From NCBI GenBank assembly GCA_010093705.1, contig MU006097.1, positions 906,715 to 970,714 of the forward strand: a DNA stretch of 64,000 bases, in the 5' to 3' direction. The notes beneath the pieces were generated by a model. It had not been told where the DNA came from and did no database searches. It saw nothing but the letters and a program-made list of their open reading frames with translations. The translations under genes and the position numbers were made by a program. Source of the stretch: Patellaria atrata CBS 101060 (lineage: Eukaryota). Below are positions 47,271 through 59,151 of the stretch, one piece after another. Each line of letters starts with the position of its first letter. Positions within the stretch are counted from its first letter, which is position 1.

Positions 47271-49597
47271 TTATCTGCGACGCCATGACTGAGAGTGACC
47301 CATGCTACTTTCGCGTGAGGTCGGAGGTAACCGAAAGCCCTTTTGCAGTTCCATCTCGACGAATTGCGACGCTCGCTTGAATCTCTTGTCGGCATATTTC
47401 TCGTATACAGCTAGATGGTGTTTTTGAGGGTCCTCGCAGCATTCCAGGATTGTAGCTACGAGATTCCTCAACTGGGAGTAAGTGTAACCGGAGTAGAAAA
47501 CGTGTGCTGGAGACTTTATTATCTGTTAGCATGAATTATTGAATAGGATAATGCACACTTACCCAGTCACCCTTTTTTAGCATCAGACGAGCTAGACAAT
47601 GCGCACCTGCGGCAGTGAAGCTGGGTACGCAACCAACGAATCGTTCATCCATAACTGTGACTTCTAGGAAGTACTTAGCCAAGGTCCTAGTCTCTAGATC
47701 GTAATCATCGGCCTTGCTAATTCTTCTCAAGAAGCTCATTGGGCCAGGCCAACCCAACTCGAACGCAAGCATGCTCAGCATGAAACGTTCGGCCTTGAGT
47801 ATTTCATCCACAGTGTATCCGTTGTCAACCATGTACACAATCTCTTGCACAGACGGGCAATTGATCTCCTCGTACTTTGCTGCCACAAAGAGAGCTGTAG
47901 CACCAACAAGCTGGAGTTTACCTAAAGACACGACTTTGCAGGATAGAAACCGGTCCACATAATTGACACTGAGGAATAGGGTTTCAGGAAGAAGAGTGAA
48001 GCGGTGATGGACTTGTACGAGCCAATCCATCAAGACTGAGCGCATTGACCATTGAATTTCTGCCTGGTTATCCATATAGTATGGATTAGGTCGCATGCGG
48101 TCCTAATAAGGTTAGTATCAGAACATGCCAGTAGGAGACCATTTTTGATGCTCACCTCAAGTCTCTTCATATAGTCAAAGATCTCATCGCCGTACTCCGC
48201 AACCATCGAGGTGTCCCATGTCTCATCCTCGATGTCTTCTTGTGTCTTTGTAGACTCGACGTATTGTTTGGCTGCTTCTAATTCTCTCTGCGTCTTTGCA
48301 GTAACTCTTGGAGCCAATACGACGGTCACGCCTCCCGTAGTGTTGTCACCTCTTGATCTGATGGATCTTGCCGTAGTGTACCCATCGACGTCGTAGTATT
48401 CTTCCTCATCCTCTTCATCCCAATACTCTACAGCTTCAGTAGCTAAAGGAACTTGTTGTTCTCGTACGTACTCTTCATCTTGTTCAAGCTCAAGATTCCT
48501 GGCCTGTTGCTCCAAAGCATCAAGGTACTCATACTTTTCGTCGGGTGTTGCATCTAGTTGTACCCCATCGTACTTATCTACTGCAATGGCAGATGGGAGA
48601 ATATCGGGATATTCACGTTGTATGTCGACATTGTCCGACTGTAATGCTTCTGCAATGGCAGCTTCAAGATCCTCTGGAATAGCCGGTAACAACTGCTCGA
48701 CATTCTCCTGGACTGGTGCTACTACACCTATCGAAGCAACCGATTGAACAACTTCGGAGAGCTGCTCGTAAGTATGTGTATGCTTCGGAGCACTCTCCTG
48801 AAGCAGTGGTTCTAGGTTCTCTCGACGCGCAGGGAGACTTTGATGGACGGGTACCGTTGAGATGTTCGATCGGATATCCTTGATCGGGATAGTGACCTTC
48901 TCTTCAACTGGGATTGAGATATCCTTGAAGTTATTCGTGGCGCGACGCGTTACTATCTTTCCATTAAACGGTTCCACCTTGGGGACATCCGCGACGACGG
49001 TAGGTTTGGTCGATGAAGCAGTGGTTGAGCTTATACCAAGAGAGATATTAGTTTTGGCGAAAGCTGATGAAAGAGGACGTTGAGCTGGACGTAACAGATT
49101 CGTAGGCTTAATGTTCTCCTGTAGTGGTCGTAGTATGGATTCTTTAGAAGCAACAGCAGCAGCTTTGGAGGAAAGAGCCATGTCATCCTTTGCCGGTTGG
49201 ATAGGTCTAACGGTATTGCTAACATCGGCGAACACGGTTCTCTTCGGAGCAGGTTTCACTGCTCCATTAAGGAGCAAGGAGGACAACGCGGGTGTGGACT
49301 TGTTCCGTTGATGGATGGTCTTATTCGGTGCAAGCGAGGGCGGCATCGCGTTCTCGTCGCGAACTCTGAGAGCTCGCAGAGGCCTTTGGGGCTAAGCAGA
49401 GGTCTAATCAGTTCATGGAATTGATAAGAACAGTGTAAGATATAATACACGAGTTAGAATAGGTACGGAAGGGATAGTGTTCGTCTGGTATACGATGACT
49501 TGGTCTCTGCAGGAAAGGAGTCGAACGGGATGACGCGCAGACAGCACGATGACTGGGAAGAAAGTGTCCAATCGAATTGACATACCTTTGCGTCCAT
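47271..49597 (-). CDS. CLB3: B-type cyclin of the Clb3/Clb4 class; exons 49597-49586, 49391-48156, 48102-47563, 47513-47271
   Basis: MDAK|PQRPLRALRVRDEN; D-box-like RTVFADVSN; DTSMVAEYGDEIFDYM; cyclin box WSMRSVLMDWLVQVHHRFTLLPETLFL, KYEEI, ELGWPGPMSFLRRISKADDYD. Confidence 0.93.
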
Positions 49598-49906
49598 GAC
49601 TATTACTCAGTATATCTCTTCAACTGGTGAATCGGACGGTGCGTATAGCGATGAAAGCTCCAGAGTTTATTATAAAGAGCTCCTATGGACTTTGGTTCAA
49701 GCTGGGTATCGCTGTCTCGCTGAACAGGTGCAAATCAATTGCGAACAAGAAACTCGAAGATTGACATATGACAGTTAGACGATGAGGACGGCAACATTAA
49801 GAAAAGTTTTGGTAAAAGTGTTACTGCAAAACAATGCTCGAGGATTGGGATTCGAGATGCGGCGCCGGTTTTGAGAAGGGACCATAAAAACAAGAAGCTC
49901 GGGATT

Positions 49907-50625
49907 TGTTTACTTCCAAAGGGTACAAGTGGTCCGTGTGCTTGCGGATTTGCCAAGAGGGCTTTACTTCGGATAAATACTTGGATTATTCTTGGCGCGG
50001 TTTGGCTTGTTTGTTTGTTTCCTTGACTTTTTCGGAACACCTGCCTCGGCAACCCACGTTACGGTACACGGCAGCCTACCCCAAATACTATACGGCAGAC
50101 CCCTCGAGGCCGAATTTGAGGCAATTCTTGTTTATGTTTTCCTCCTCAATTATCGAAAAGTGTTCTTTTATTTGACTAACATTTCACGTAAATAACGCTT
50201 TATATCTACCTATTATTGTACACTTCCACACAGCATGCGACGCAAGGTGTATGTTCCCCATGGATTTATTTCTATTCAATCCCCAACCAGACCTCAGTAT
50301 TGATAGCATTTGATGATGGCGTATTGACAGTTATTCGTCGGCAATTCCATGAAATCTTCCAGCTATTCTCGAATTCATGATACCCTTAAGGTTGGTGAGT
50401 GCTATCCCAGGGTCGCCAGAGGTCCACTTGGTCTGTGACGTAAAGCGGGGAAATCGCGGCAACGAACACGTCTCTCAAAAAGCAGCCCAGCACTCAATTT
50501 GACAACCACAACTCAAAATCAGATTGAATAAATGCGTAAAAAGTGTTTGGAGAGTTTTAGAGTGATCTCGTATCCGCTTTGTAGATATCAAATCGAATAT
50601 CGTACTGTATCCGTCGGAAACGCGT
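49907..50625. promoter_or_regulatory. Forkhead (RTAAAYA) and MCB motifs upstream of the cyclin gene
   Basis: TGTTTAC 49907-49913, TGTTTAT 50129-50135, GTAAATA 50188-50194, ACGCGT 50620-50625. Confidence 0.4.
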
Positions 50626-52992
50626 AAAGCAACTTTTCAGCATGTTGAGCAAGGGAGGACTAAGGCCTGCTCACGAAGTTTGGACGCGATCCCGTGACCG
50701 AGGTTGTCAGATAACATCAACGATAAACTTAAGCTCAACGACCTTCACTTCAGTTCCAGGAGTCACAACTGTTCTCCTTGTTCCTAATCTTCCTTTTGAA
50801 CATTATCTTTTGCTGTTGGTGCATCACTATAACTTATCCAACTTTACTAGGACGGGGAGTCGTTGACGAAAGATGTGAGGGCCTATCATCTGGCAGCGCA
50901 TCCGCTTGTCTCAGACTCACCGTATCCAACCGATCCGGACCGCCGTTCGCGATTCTTTTTTATTGCGAGGAAATAGGAAACCCCACAACAAGGCACAAGC
51001 CCAGGTGATCTCTCCGAACGGGATACTCGACTCTACGCTGGAACGTGTTTTGAGCGCGATATATTCGCCACATCTCTTACAGAATGCGCACAGTTATATG
51101 TTCCTACTCACGGTGCAGTCGTATTCACTTCGTCCACATCCATCATGGTACATCCCCGTGGCGCCAGTTAAGAAAAAGGTTTCGAGGCGACACGTGGACC
51201 TGCGTAACAGCAAATGGATAACATGCAGATATATATTCACCCTTCGAACGCATGAGACGCAGTATGTTATGATAGAGACCGTTAGCCGCTGTAGATTGCG
51301 TTCATCTTCTGCGGAGATTTGCGCAGAACGCTTCCACAGCTTGGAAACCTTTCTTCGCAAGTCGTCAAGACGCTTCGGGTCAAGTTAGGGAAGAGTGCGC
51401 TAGAACTAGCAGACTTACGAATATCGGATGCTTTCACAGACGACAAACATGAACTAAGCATCCTGAGATATCAACCACTTGTGACGCTGTGTCTGCGGCA
51501 TCGGGAAGTGGGAGCTTGCTGATACCGCAATCTTCAAGATAGGTACATTTCAATCTGGCGCATATGCTCTATTGGCCTGATACTGGGGAAGCAACTATCA
51601 TCGTGAGCGCGCAATCGAAGATGATTTAGAAAGCGCCGTTAGGGAAACCAGGCGATAGTGCATTCTACCCATAATAAGTCCCTTTATCGAGGATTTATAG
51701 TGGTGTTATGTCAGGCAGATCTACTTCAGTTCTGTTGTGGATTGCAGAGTTATCGGATATCATTGGCTCGAATGGGGGTCGGAAAGCGTCTGGTTCAGCT
51801 TCGACTTTGTCCTGGATTGGGATTCCATGCGCCGGCGAAGCTGATATTCTTGGCTGCTCGTTCACCAGCAGGAAGCAGGACAGCTCACATGCGCCAGCAA
51901 TGCCCACCAAACCCTCAGATAGCGTAAGGTAGTTCCACACTGAATGGGCGCATCTGAGAAGTCGCCAAAGAAGAGCAAATTCCAAACGTTTCCACCAATG
52001 TACACTGTACAATACCTTATTAGATATTTCGTGCTGTATATATAGAAAACTCACTATAACCTCAAGTTCTAATACCACCGGCGCTTGGGATCACGAGCGG
52101 GTTAATCGCATCAGGGTTATGCATTCCTGAAACCTACAGTAAATGATTGGCTTGTTCAACAACTCAATTCGCTCAGTCAAACAAAGTTTTGGCCGTCCAG
52201 TATGCACTTTCATCCTTTTGCCTAACCTAACCCTCTGCGAATTTGTTGTTGTTACCGTACCCATACTGGACCGTACCATACGGCACTGTGTCTCGCTAGA
52301 CCTTTCTCACTTGCACATCCCAGGCCCTCCTCTTCTCTCCACTCTACCCTCCGCTACCACCCATTCTTCACCATTCAACACCAACAAAAGTGCTATCGTT
52401 GTTTCATTTTGTTGCTTCGCTTGCCCTCTTTGCGTTTCATCATCCCGCAGCTCGATCTTCGCTGCTTTTCTCCTTTACCCTTACGTTCCAGCGTCGAGGG
52501 TGTACTCACTGTTGGCTGTGGCAGAGTCTACGGCGCTCACGGAAATCCCAACTGCCAACAAACTGGCCCGGATTTCCTATCAAAAGTATGTGATTCCGTC
52601 TCATTGCTCTACGCGACCTGTTTCGACATACTCTTGTCGTACCATCCCGTTTATCTCTTGCGAGGGAGGACTCACTTGTCTCTGGCTTCTCCGCCCTTCC
52701 ATTGGGACGTAAGGAGCTGTGCGCAGCAACGAGGGCTTTGACGGCCTCTTAACCATGTCGAATTCCTCATATTCCTCGATCCTATCATCGCTAATACCAA
52801 TCTCTTTCGTTAGGTTACTCTCCTCGTCCTTCCAGTCCCTCCCTACCTCCAAAGCGCCGTCGGGCCCGATAACTTGCGACAACGGGCAGGCACCGTCTCT
52901 TGTATACTCGCTGTAACCATTCTAAGTGCTCATAAACATTGTAAAGGTTCAAGGAGTATCGACGAATCAGGAGAAAAGTGACCTCTCACAAA

Positions 52993-55145
52993 ATGGATGT
53001 TTCGGACCTACTGTCCGACAACAACCCCCAGCATGGTGGGCGCCCTCAAGGGACCATTGATGCGACCCAGCAACACCACCCTTACCCAACCCGTGGGACA
53101 TTTCATGGCCAGCATAACAGCTACAATACTCACCACAAGTCTACCATTTCATCAGATGATAGAGTAATGGACGTTGTGAAGTCTGAGCCAAGCATTGACC
53201 GTCAGGCGCTTCCCAAGCATGTATCATTCGAACTTCTGCTTAACGAAGGTCCACAGCATCGCGCTCGATTACCAATGCGAGTTAACATATTTCCGCATGA
53301 TGCGACCGAGTCAATCATTACAACAGTAAAGAACTTTTATGGTCTTTACGAAGGCAAGGGTGTCAGCTTTGAGGATTCTCGAGGCAATACACTCATCGCT
53401 CAATACGAGAACCTTGAGAACAACATGGTCGTCTATGTCCGAGTTGTTCATGAAGAAGTAGATGCACATGAGGCGTATAGTCAGGCCTCGCGACCATCAG
53501 TATCTCCTACCAAACCGTACCTTGCTGAACCCATACAGATGCTTCCACCACAGCTCCACGGCTCAAATCTGTCTCGCCCTTCTTCGCGAACTGCGCGAAA
53601 GCGAAGTGTATCACCACATTCCCATCGTGGTCGGCGGAGTACATCTGTTAGCACAAATCCTAAAAGTAGAGCTCGCCCCGGAATGAAGAGTCGTGGGACC
53701 AGCTCTCAAGGGGGCAGCTTTAATGAGCTTAACGGGGATATCGCGGGATATAGCGATAGTGATGGAGGAAATGCATCTGTTACTAGCTCTCGTCGGAGCA
53801 AGATGGAACAGGTAGCTAGTGCAGAGATTAGCGTTGACAATATCGTGGAGGGTGGGCGTAGGAAGAGGGCCAAGTTTGACAGTTCTGTACGTTTCTTCTC
53901 AGAACAAGAATCTCCACTGGTTGCTAACAGGTTTTCTACCAGGAACTGCCACTCTTCGTCCCGCCTCAAGTACCAATGACCGCATCAATTTCATCCATAT
54001 CACCTCAGCGACGAATCGGTAGTCAGAATGGTGCCTCGCCATTCTCATACTCGAATCAGCGCAACTTCGTCTATAATCACCACTTGCCGTCTCCTCAGAG
54101 CTTTAGTCACGGCGAGTATAGCTATCCACAAACAGGACAACCTGGGATCCCATACTCAATGCCTACTCCTAGGCCAGGACAGAGACCACGTACCCGGACG
54201 AACAATCACTACATGCAGAGCCGCCATTCTATTAGTGGCATCTCTGGACTTCTTCCTACTCCAGATCCAACTATTGGAAGTGTCATATCTGATGAGGATG
54301 CCGCGATTCAACTCATGCGACTTGGCGACGCTTCCAACTTTTCATCGCATGGGCGTACTTCGACATCAACGCTAGATGATGCATTGAGCGGGAAGGCAGA
54401 AGTGGCTTCTTCTGAGGACGAAAGCGGCGAAGGTAGTGAAGATGAAAGCATGCTACCATCTTATCCTGAGCACATGGGAGGAACGCGATCCCATATAACT
54501 GGAGAAGGGCATCAGCAATACGACAGTGGTGAATCCAGCGAAAATGACTACGAGGACAGAAGAGATGGGTCTTTCAAAGGTGGAAGTGACGAGATCATGT
54601 CAGATCCTCTCAATCCTTCAGAAAACAAGACATGCAAGCCTAAACCTAATGGTGCTATCCTCCCGAAAGCCCGCTCCGCCGGCTCCATTTCCAAAGCATC
54701 TAACAAAAAAGGGAAATCACGCACGTCTTCGATCTCCAAGTCAAAGCCAAAAAATTCATCAGCAACGAAAGCACCGATTTCCCCAACGTCTCTTCCCACT
54801 GCATCACGTAAACCATCGAATGCATCGCTTAACTTTCAAAATCAGCTTGGGGTGGACGAGGAGGATCTATCTACGAAGCCGCGATGTCAACGATGCCGCA
54901 AAAGTAAGAAAGGCTGTGATCGCCAAAGGCCTTGTGGGCGGTGCAAAGATGCTGGAATTGGTATCGAGGGTTGTATCAGTGAAGATGAGGGGAATGGTAG
55001 GAAGGGACGTTTTGGTCGCCATATGGGCGTTCCCGTAAAGAAGGGCGAGGATGACGTACCCATCGCAGAATCTCATGCGACACAAGTTGGCCATATGTTG
55101 GCACCGTTGGCACCAGCCGACAAGAGCAAGAAGCGAAAACGATGA
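52993..55145 (+). CDS. Zn(II)2Cys6 protein with a C-terminal binuclear cluster; exons 52993-53886, 53943-55145 (possible upstream exon from 52755)
   Basis: CQRCRKSKKGCDRQRPCGRCKDAGIGIEGC near the C-terminus; conserved-looking RARLPMRVNIFPHDATESIITTVKNFYGLY block; phase-0 intron 53887-53942. Confidence 0.88.
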
Positions 55146-56708
55146 GTGAGTAGTTATTTCCCTCTTACATTAAGCATTCCTCGATCACTGCCCCTTCCTG
55201 TCCACTTATTCCCATTCGATCAAATATAACCTAACTCTCTATTAGGTTCTGTTATTCTATATCGTGATTCCACAATTTCTTAACATTAAGCATAAAATAT
55301 ATCAGGAAGTCCTTGATAAGAGAATGGAGAGAGCCTCCAAATCAAACATAGTTAAGCAACCTCTAGCGCCGTATCCATGCTACGGTTCGTCGTGTCGAGG
55401 TTCTGGGTTCTCCTAGCCAGTATACATTCATATTTTTATGTCATTAACGATTTTCTGCTGATGGATAGGAGTTCAAGAACGGGCCTAGGTTCTGTGTTTC
55501 CGCGATGGGAGGCTCTAGTCACGAATTTATGAAGTCGCGATTGTTTTTTCGTTTACTAAATTGTTAACATATTTCTTCCCTTGAGGTGGAATCATATGTC
55601 TTGGATATGATGGCAGAGGCGCACATTCAATGTCTTTACTTGAGTTGCTTTTATCTCACATCATATTCCAAAAGTCTGCCAATTCCCCGCTTGTCCACTT
55701 TTCCTAAATTTAACTATGTCATTCCTTTGCAGAATCTTGTCCTTTTCCGGAGTTTTCAATAGGCATTCATGTGTTGGGCCAAGGAGGGTCTAAGTGTGAC
55801 CATATTGCTGTCTTCAACTCCTTAATCTATCAATCAAGATCTAGATTATTCAAGTCGATTTTCCATGTTAGAGTTACTTCGAACAATGTGAACCCAAGCT
55901 TCTTTCGAGCAATCGAGTCTTCCCAGCAACGCGTTGACTCTACAGCACTCACAATACAATAGGTATCTTAAGTGATGTGTTTCCTTCTACCTCCACAGTG
56001 TGTATAGAGTTCATACTGCACAGTTTCTGCCCAAGAAAGTCATAGGCTCTGCAGAATAACCGTATGATGGGACTCCTCAGTGGTTGTACAATATAATTAT
56101 GACGGAATACTAAAGCATATAAACTGCGAAGTCCAAGGGGTAGATCTGCCTTTGAGCAACTATGCAATAACCGACCGCACGCATCAATACACATCACACT
56201 TTTAACACAACTATAGGTAACCAGAATCAGAGCTCATACTTAAGCACCAGTAAAGCATCAAGTTCGACAATTCTTCTGTTGGTATAACGATCAAGTCCTT
56301 AGGATCTGCGTTACCTAATCTGGCGGCATAACATGCGACCAATGAAATACGGAGGATTGCGGAACTGTTGCCTCGCATGCACCACGCTGAGAATTCTGAT
56401 GAAACATTGGACGAAATACCCGTTCCCTACTTTCGCCGTATATCCATAATATGACTTTATGGGTGTTGAATACCATCGAGGATGGTCTTAGTAGTGGTAT
56501 CTTAATATACTCAGCCCCTCCTCCCTAGTTCCAAGCGAAACGGGGAGCATCCTTCAGGTTTCGGCCCCCAGTGTCATCATACATAAGTATTGTGACAACT
56601 GACTACGGGATATTCGTATCCTGAACTGCGAGTAATCCCACTCTTGAACAGCATTCTTTTTGACAATATCCAACGGTCGATTTGTTAACGTTCATTTGCA
56701 CTACAACT

Positions 56709-58739
56709 ATGGCAGAGTCAGAACCCCCTCTCGGCTCTGTAAAGGGGCGTATTGCTGCTATGAACTTGGATCATATCGCTCGAACACCTGCATCGCCTTC
56801 AAGCTACGGACAAGCCATTGCAACAAAACAAGCGCCAGCAAAACCTCCTCCTCAGCTCCCTCGTAGACCCGCTGTCGCCCCCCGTACTCAGACTATCAAT
56901 AATCCTCCGATCCGTACCAATGGCATCTCTTCAGCAGTTCCCATAGGAAACCAACCAACCACTTCCAGTAACCAAGGGGTCAACCCAACACCAAGTAAAA
57001 CCGTAGAGAATCGATTACCACCTCCGCTCCCAGCGAGACCTGCTCGAACACCTCATCGCCAACCACCACCTCTGCCAGCCCGAACACCGTCCGAGCAAAG
57101 TACAACTAGAAGATCGTCTGTGGAGTCTACCTCCTCAACGATATCTGCGCGTTCCTTTGGTTCAGCATTGTCTTCCCGAACGAGTATGAGCAATCCTTCC
57201 CATACTCCTGCCGGCGAGGGCAATTATAGGGTCAAGGCCCCACCGTACGATCCAGAAACGCTACCATTCAAAGTCCCTACGAAACCCACTACAGACCAGA
57301 GTAGTTCGTCAAGAGTGCCTCTAAAACAGACCGTTTCATCACCAAGTATGGTTTCGAAAAAGCTATCTACACCGTCCTTACGCTCATCAACCACGCTCTC
57401 GTCAATTCCCCCACTGCCTTGTCGCACAGATTCGACATCTACGGAACAGAAACCGGTATCAACAACGAGATCTCCTTCGATACCGTCATTAAAGGGCAGA
57501 TCCCCTTTAACTCTCGGGTTTAACAATCCGGTACCAGCACCAGTTCCTCAAAGTCGTCCGATCCTCGTCCCTGGAAGTCAAGAATTTGATTCTGACGGCC
57601 CCCCTCCTATCCCGTTATCATCGCGCCCAAATCTTGCTGCTCTGAACGCCTCTAAACCCAAAATATCCACAAATTCTTGCCTGAAATGCCGTGACTTTTC
57701 AGGCCCGGACAATCATGCCGCTCGATATCCGCGTGAATCCATTCCAACTCATGATATCGCATGGCTTGCAAATGAGCTTACTTCCCCCTTCCCTTCACAG
57801 ACAGATAAAGCTCGTGTACTCTTTACATGGTTACATCATAATATTGCATACAACACGAGGGATTTCTTCGCGGGTTGTGTCAAAAAGATGACACCTGCAG
57901 AAACTATGGCTTCAGGGTTGGCAGTCTGTGAAGGTTATGCAAGCCTCTTCACTGCTCTTGCCTCCAAAGTTGGAATGGAGAGCATGGTTGTCAGTGGTTA
58001 TGGTAAAGGCTATTCTCATAAAAGAAATAATGGATCTACGATTCCACCCTTTAAGAGCAATCATGCGTGGAATGCTGTCCGGATCGATAATGGAGAGTGG
58101 AAGCTTATCGATGCATGTTGGGGCGCCGGGGCTGTGAATGGACCTAACGTCCCATACCACAAACGGTTTGCACCAGAGTGCTTTACAATGAACAACATTG
58201 AATTCGGAATTAAGCATTTTCCAACTGATCGAGCCCACTTCTTCCGCAACGACAACCAGATCTCGACATGGGAAGAGTTTTATTCAGGTGGTCCAGACGC
58301 AGATGCGGGCCTTCCGACGGTCTATAGCGGATGTCAAAGTGAACATGGGTTTGCGGAACAGTCCTTCCAGCCGTCTTCGAAGCGAATAAGAGTACATGAT
58401 CAGAGTGGTCCGTCCGTAGTACGGTTTCAGTGGGAGAATATCTGCAAGCATTGGAAGAATGAGAAGCATGGGAAGGGTAAACCATATGTCTTTATCATCA
58501 AAGTTGGAGGTTTGGACGGCCGGAAGACTGAATACCATCCCGTGGGCACTGATGGGTACTTTTGGTGGGTGGACATTCCGAGAGCGGAGTTGGGTTGTCC
58601 AGGCCAAACAGTGAGCTTGTATAGTGTGCAGAAGATTGATGGGAAAGATGCCAGGGGATTCTCCGTTGAAGAATATCTCCAGAAAAAAGGAAGGTATGGG
58701 ATGAGTTTTGGTGGTGTTGCGGCTTGGGAACTCATATAG
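56709..58739 (+). CDS. Transglutaminase-like (Cyk3/kyphoscoliosis-peptidase family) protein with a Pro-rich N-terminus
   Basis: KARVLFTWLHHNIAYN, AVCEGYASLF, VSGYGKG, NHAWNAVRIDNGEWKLIDACWGAG, HFP. Confidence 0.88.
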   Translation: MAESEPPLGSVKGRIAAMNLDHIARTPASPSSYGQAIATKQAPAKPPPQLPRRPAVAPRTQTINNPPIRTNGISSAVPIGNQPTTSSNQGVNPTPSKTVENRLPPPLPARPARTPHRQPPPLPARTPSEQSTTRRSSVESTSSTISARSFGSALSSRTSMSNPSHTPAGEGNYRVKAPPYDPETLPFKVPTKPTTDQSSSSRVPLKQTVSSPSMVSKKLSTPSLRSSTTLSSIPPLPCRTDSTSTEQKPVSTTRSPSIPSLKGRSPLTLGFNNPVPAPVPQSRPILVPGSQEFDSDGPPPIPLSSRPNLAALNASKPKISTNSCLKCRDFSGPDNHAARYPRESIPTHDIAWLANELTSPFPSQTDKARVLFTWLHHNIAYNTRDFFAGCVKKMTPAETMASGLAVCEGYASLFTALASKVGMESMVVSGYGKGYSHKRNNGSTIPPFKSNHAWNAVRIDNGEWKLIDACWGAGAVNGPNVPYHKRFAPECFTMNNIEFGIKHFPTDRAHFFRNDNQISTWEEFYSGGPDADAGLPTVYSGCQSEHGFAEQSFQPSSKRIRVHDQSGPSVVRFQWENICKHWKNEKHGKGKPYVFIIKVGGLDGRKTEYHPVGTDGYFWWVDIPRAELGCPGQTVSLYSVQKIDGKDARGFSVEEYLQKKGRYGMSFGGVAAWELI

Positions 58740-59151
58740 AATCCTGGTATACAGTAACTGTTGGATAACGGGCGGTACGTATACATTCTGATTGTGGATA
58801 CTCTGGAATTTCATTTGGTCAATGAGGTAGAATGTTGCTCTTGCGCTTGGCTGGGTATACTGCGCTAGGGGCATTGTGATCCTAACAACGGATGGTTGAC
58901 ATTGCGGTTATGTAATCACTACGGAGTACCGTAGTGAAAGTGTTTTGCGCCCCCAGATATTCTAATTATAGAATCCTTGCGCGGATCCTCCCCACCCTCG
59001 TGGGTTGCTGCTGCATGGCTTGCCGGTGTTTGCCCGTGGATCTTGGCGTTTGCCTTCCTTGAACAGCTTCCCCATCGCAGCCTTAAGTGGGTTCTCTCTC
59101 AAGGAATTATATTGTACAAATACTCTGCATTCTCCATAATATGCTATCATA

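Noticed and set aside
52110..52236. Telomere-like words (TCAGGGTTA, CCTAACCTAACCCT) as a possible telomerase RNA template
   Set aside because: Neither matches a full TAACCCTAA template, and I could not identify pseudoknot or CR4/5 elements.
50906..52712. 160-aa and 189-aa ORFs in the long intergenic region
   Set aside because: No domain-like features or coherent exon structure; composition is UTR-like.
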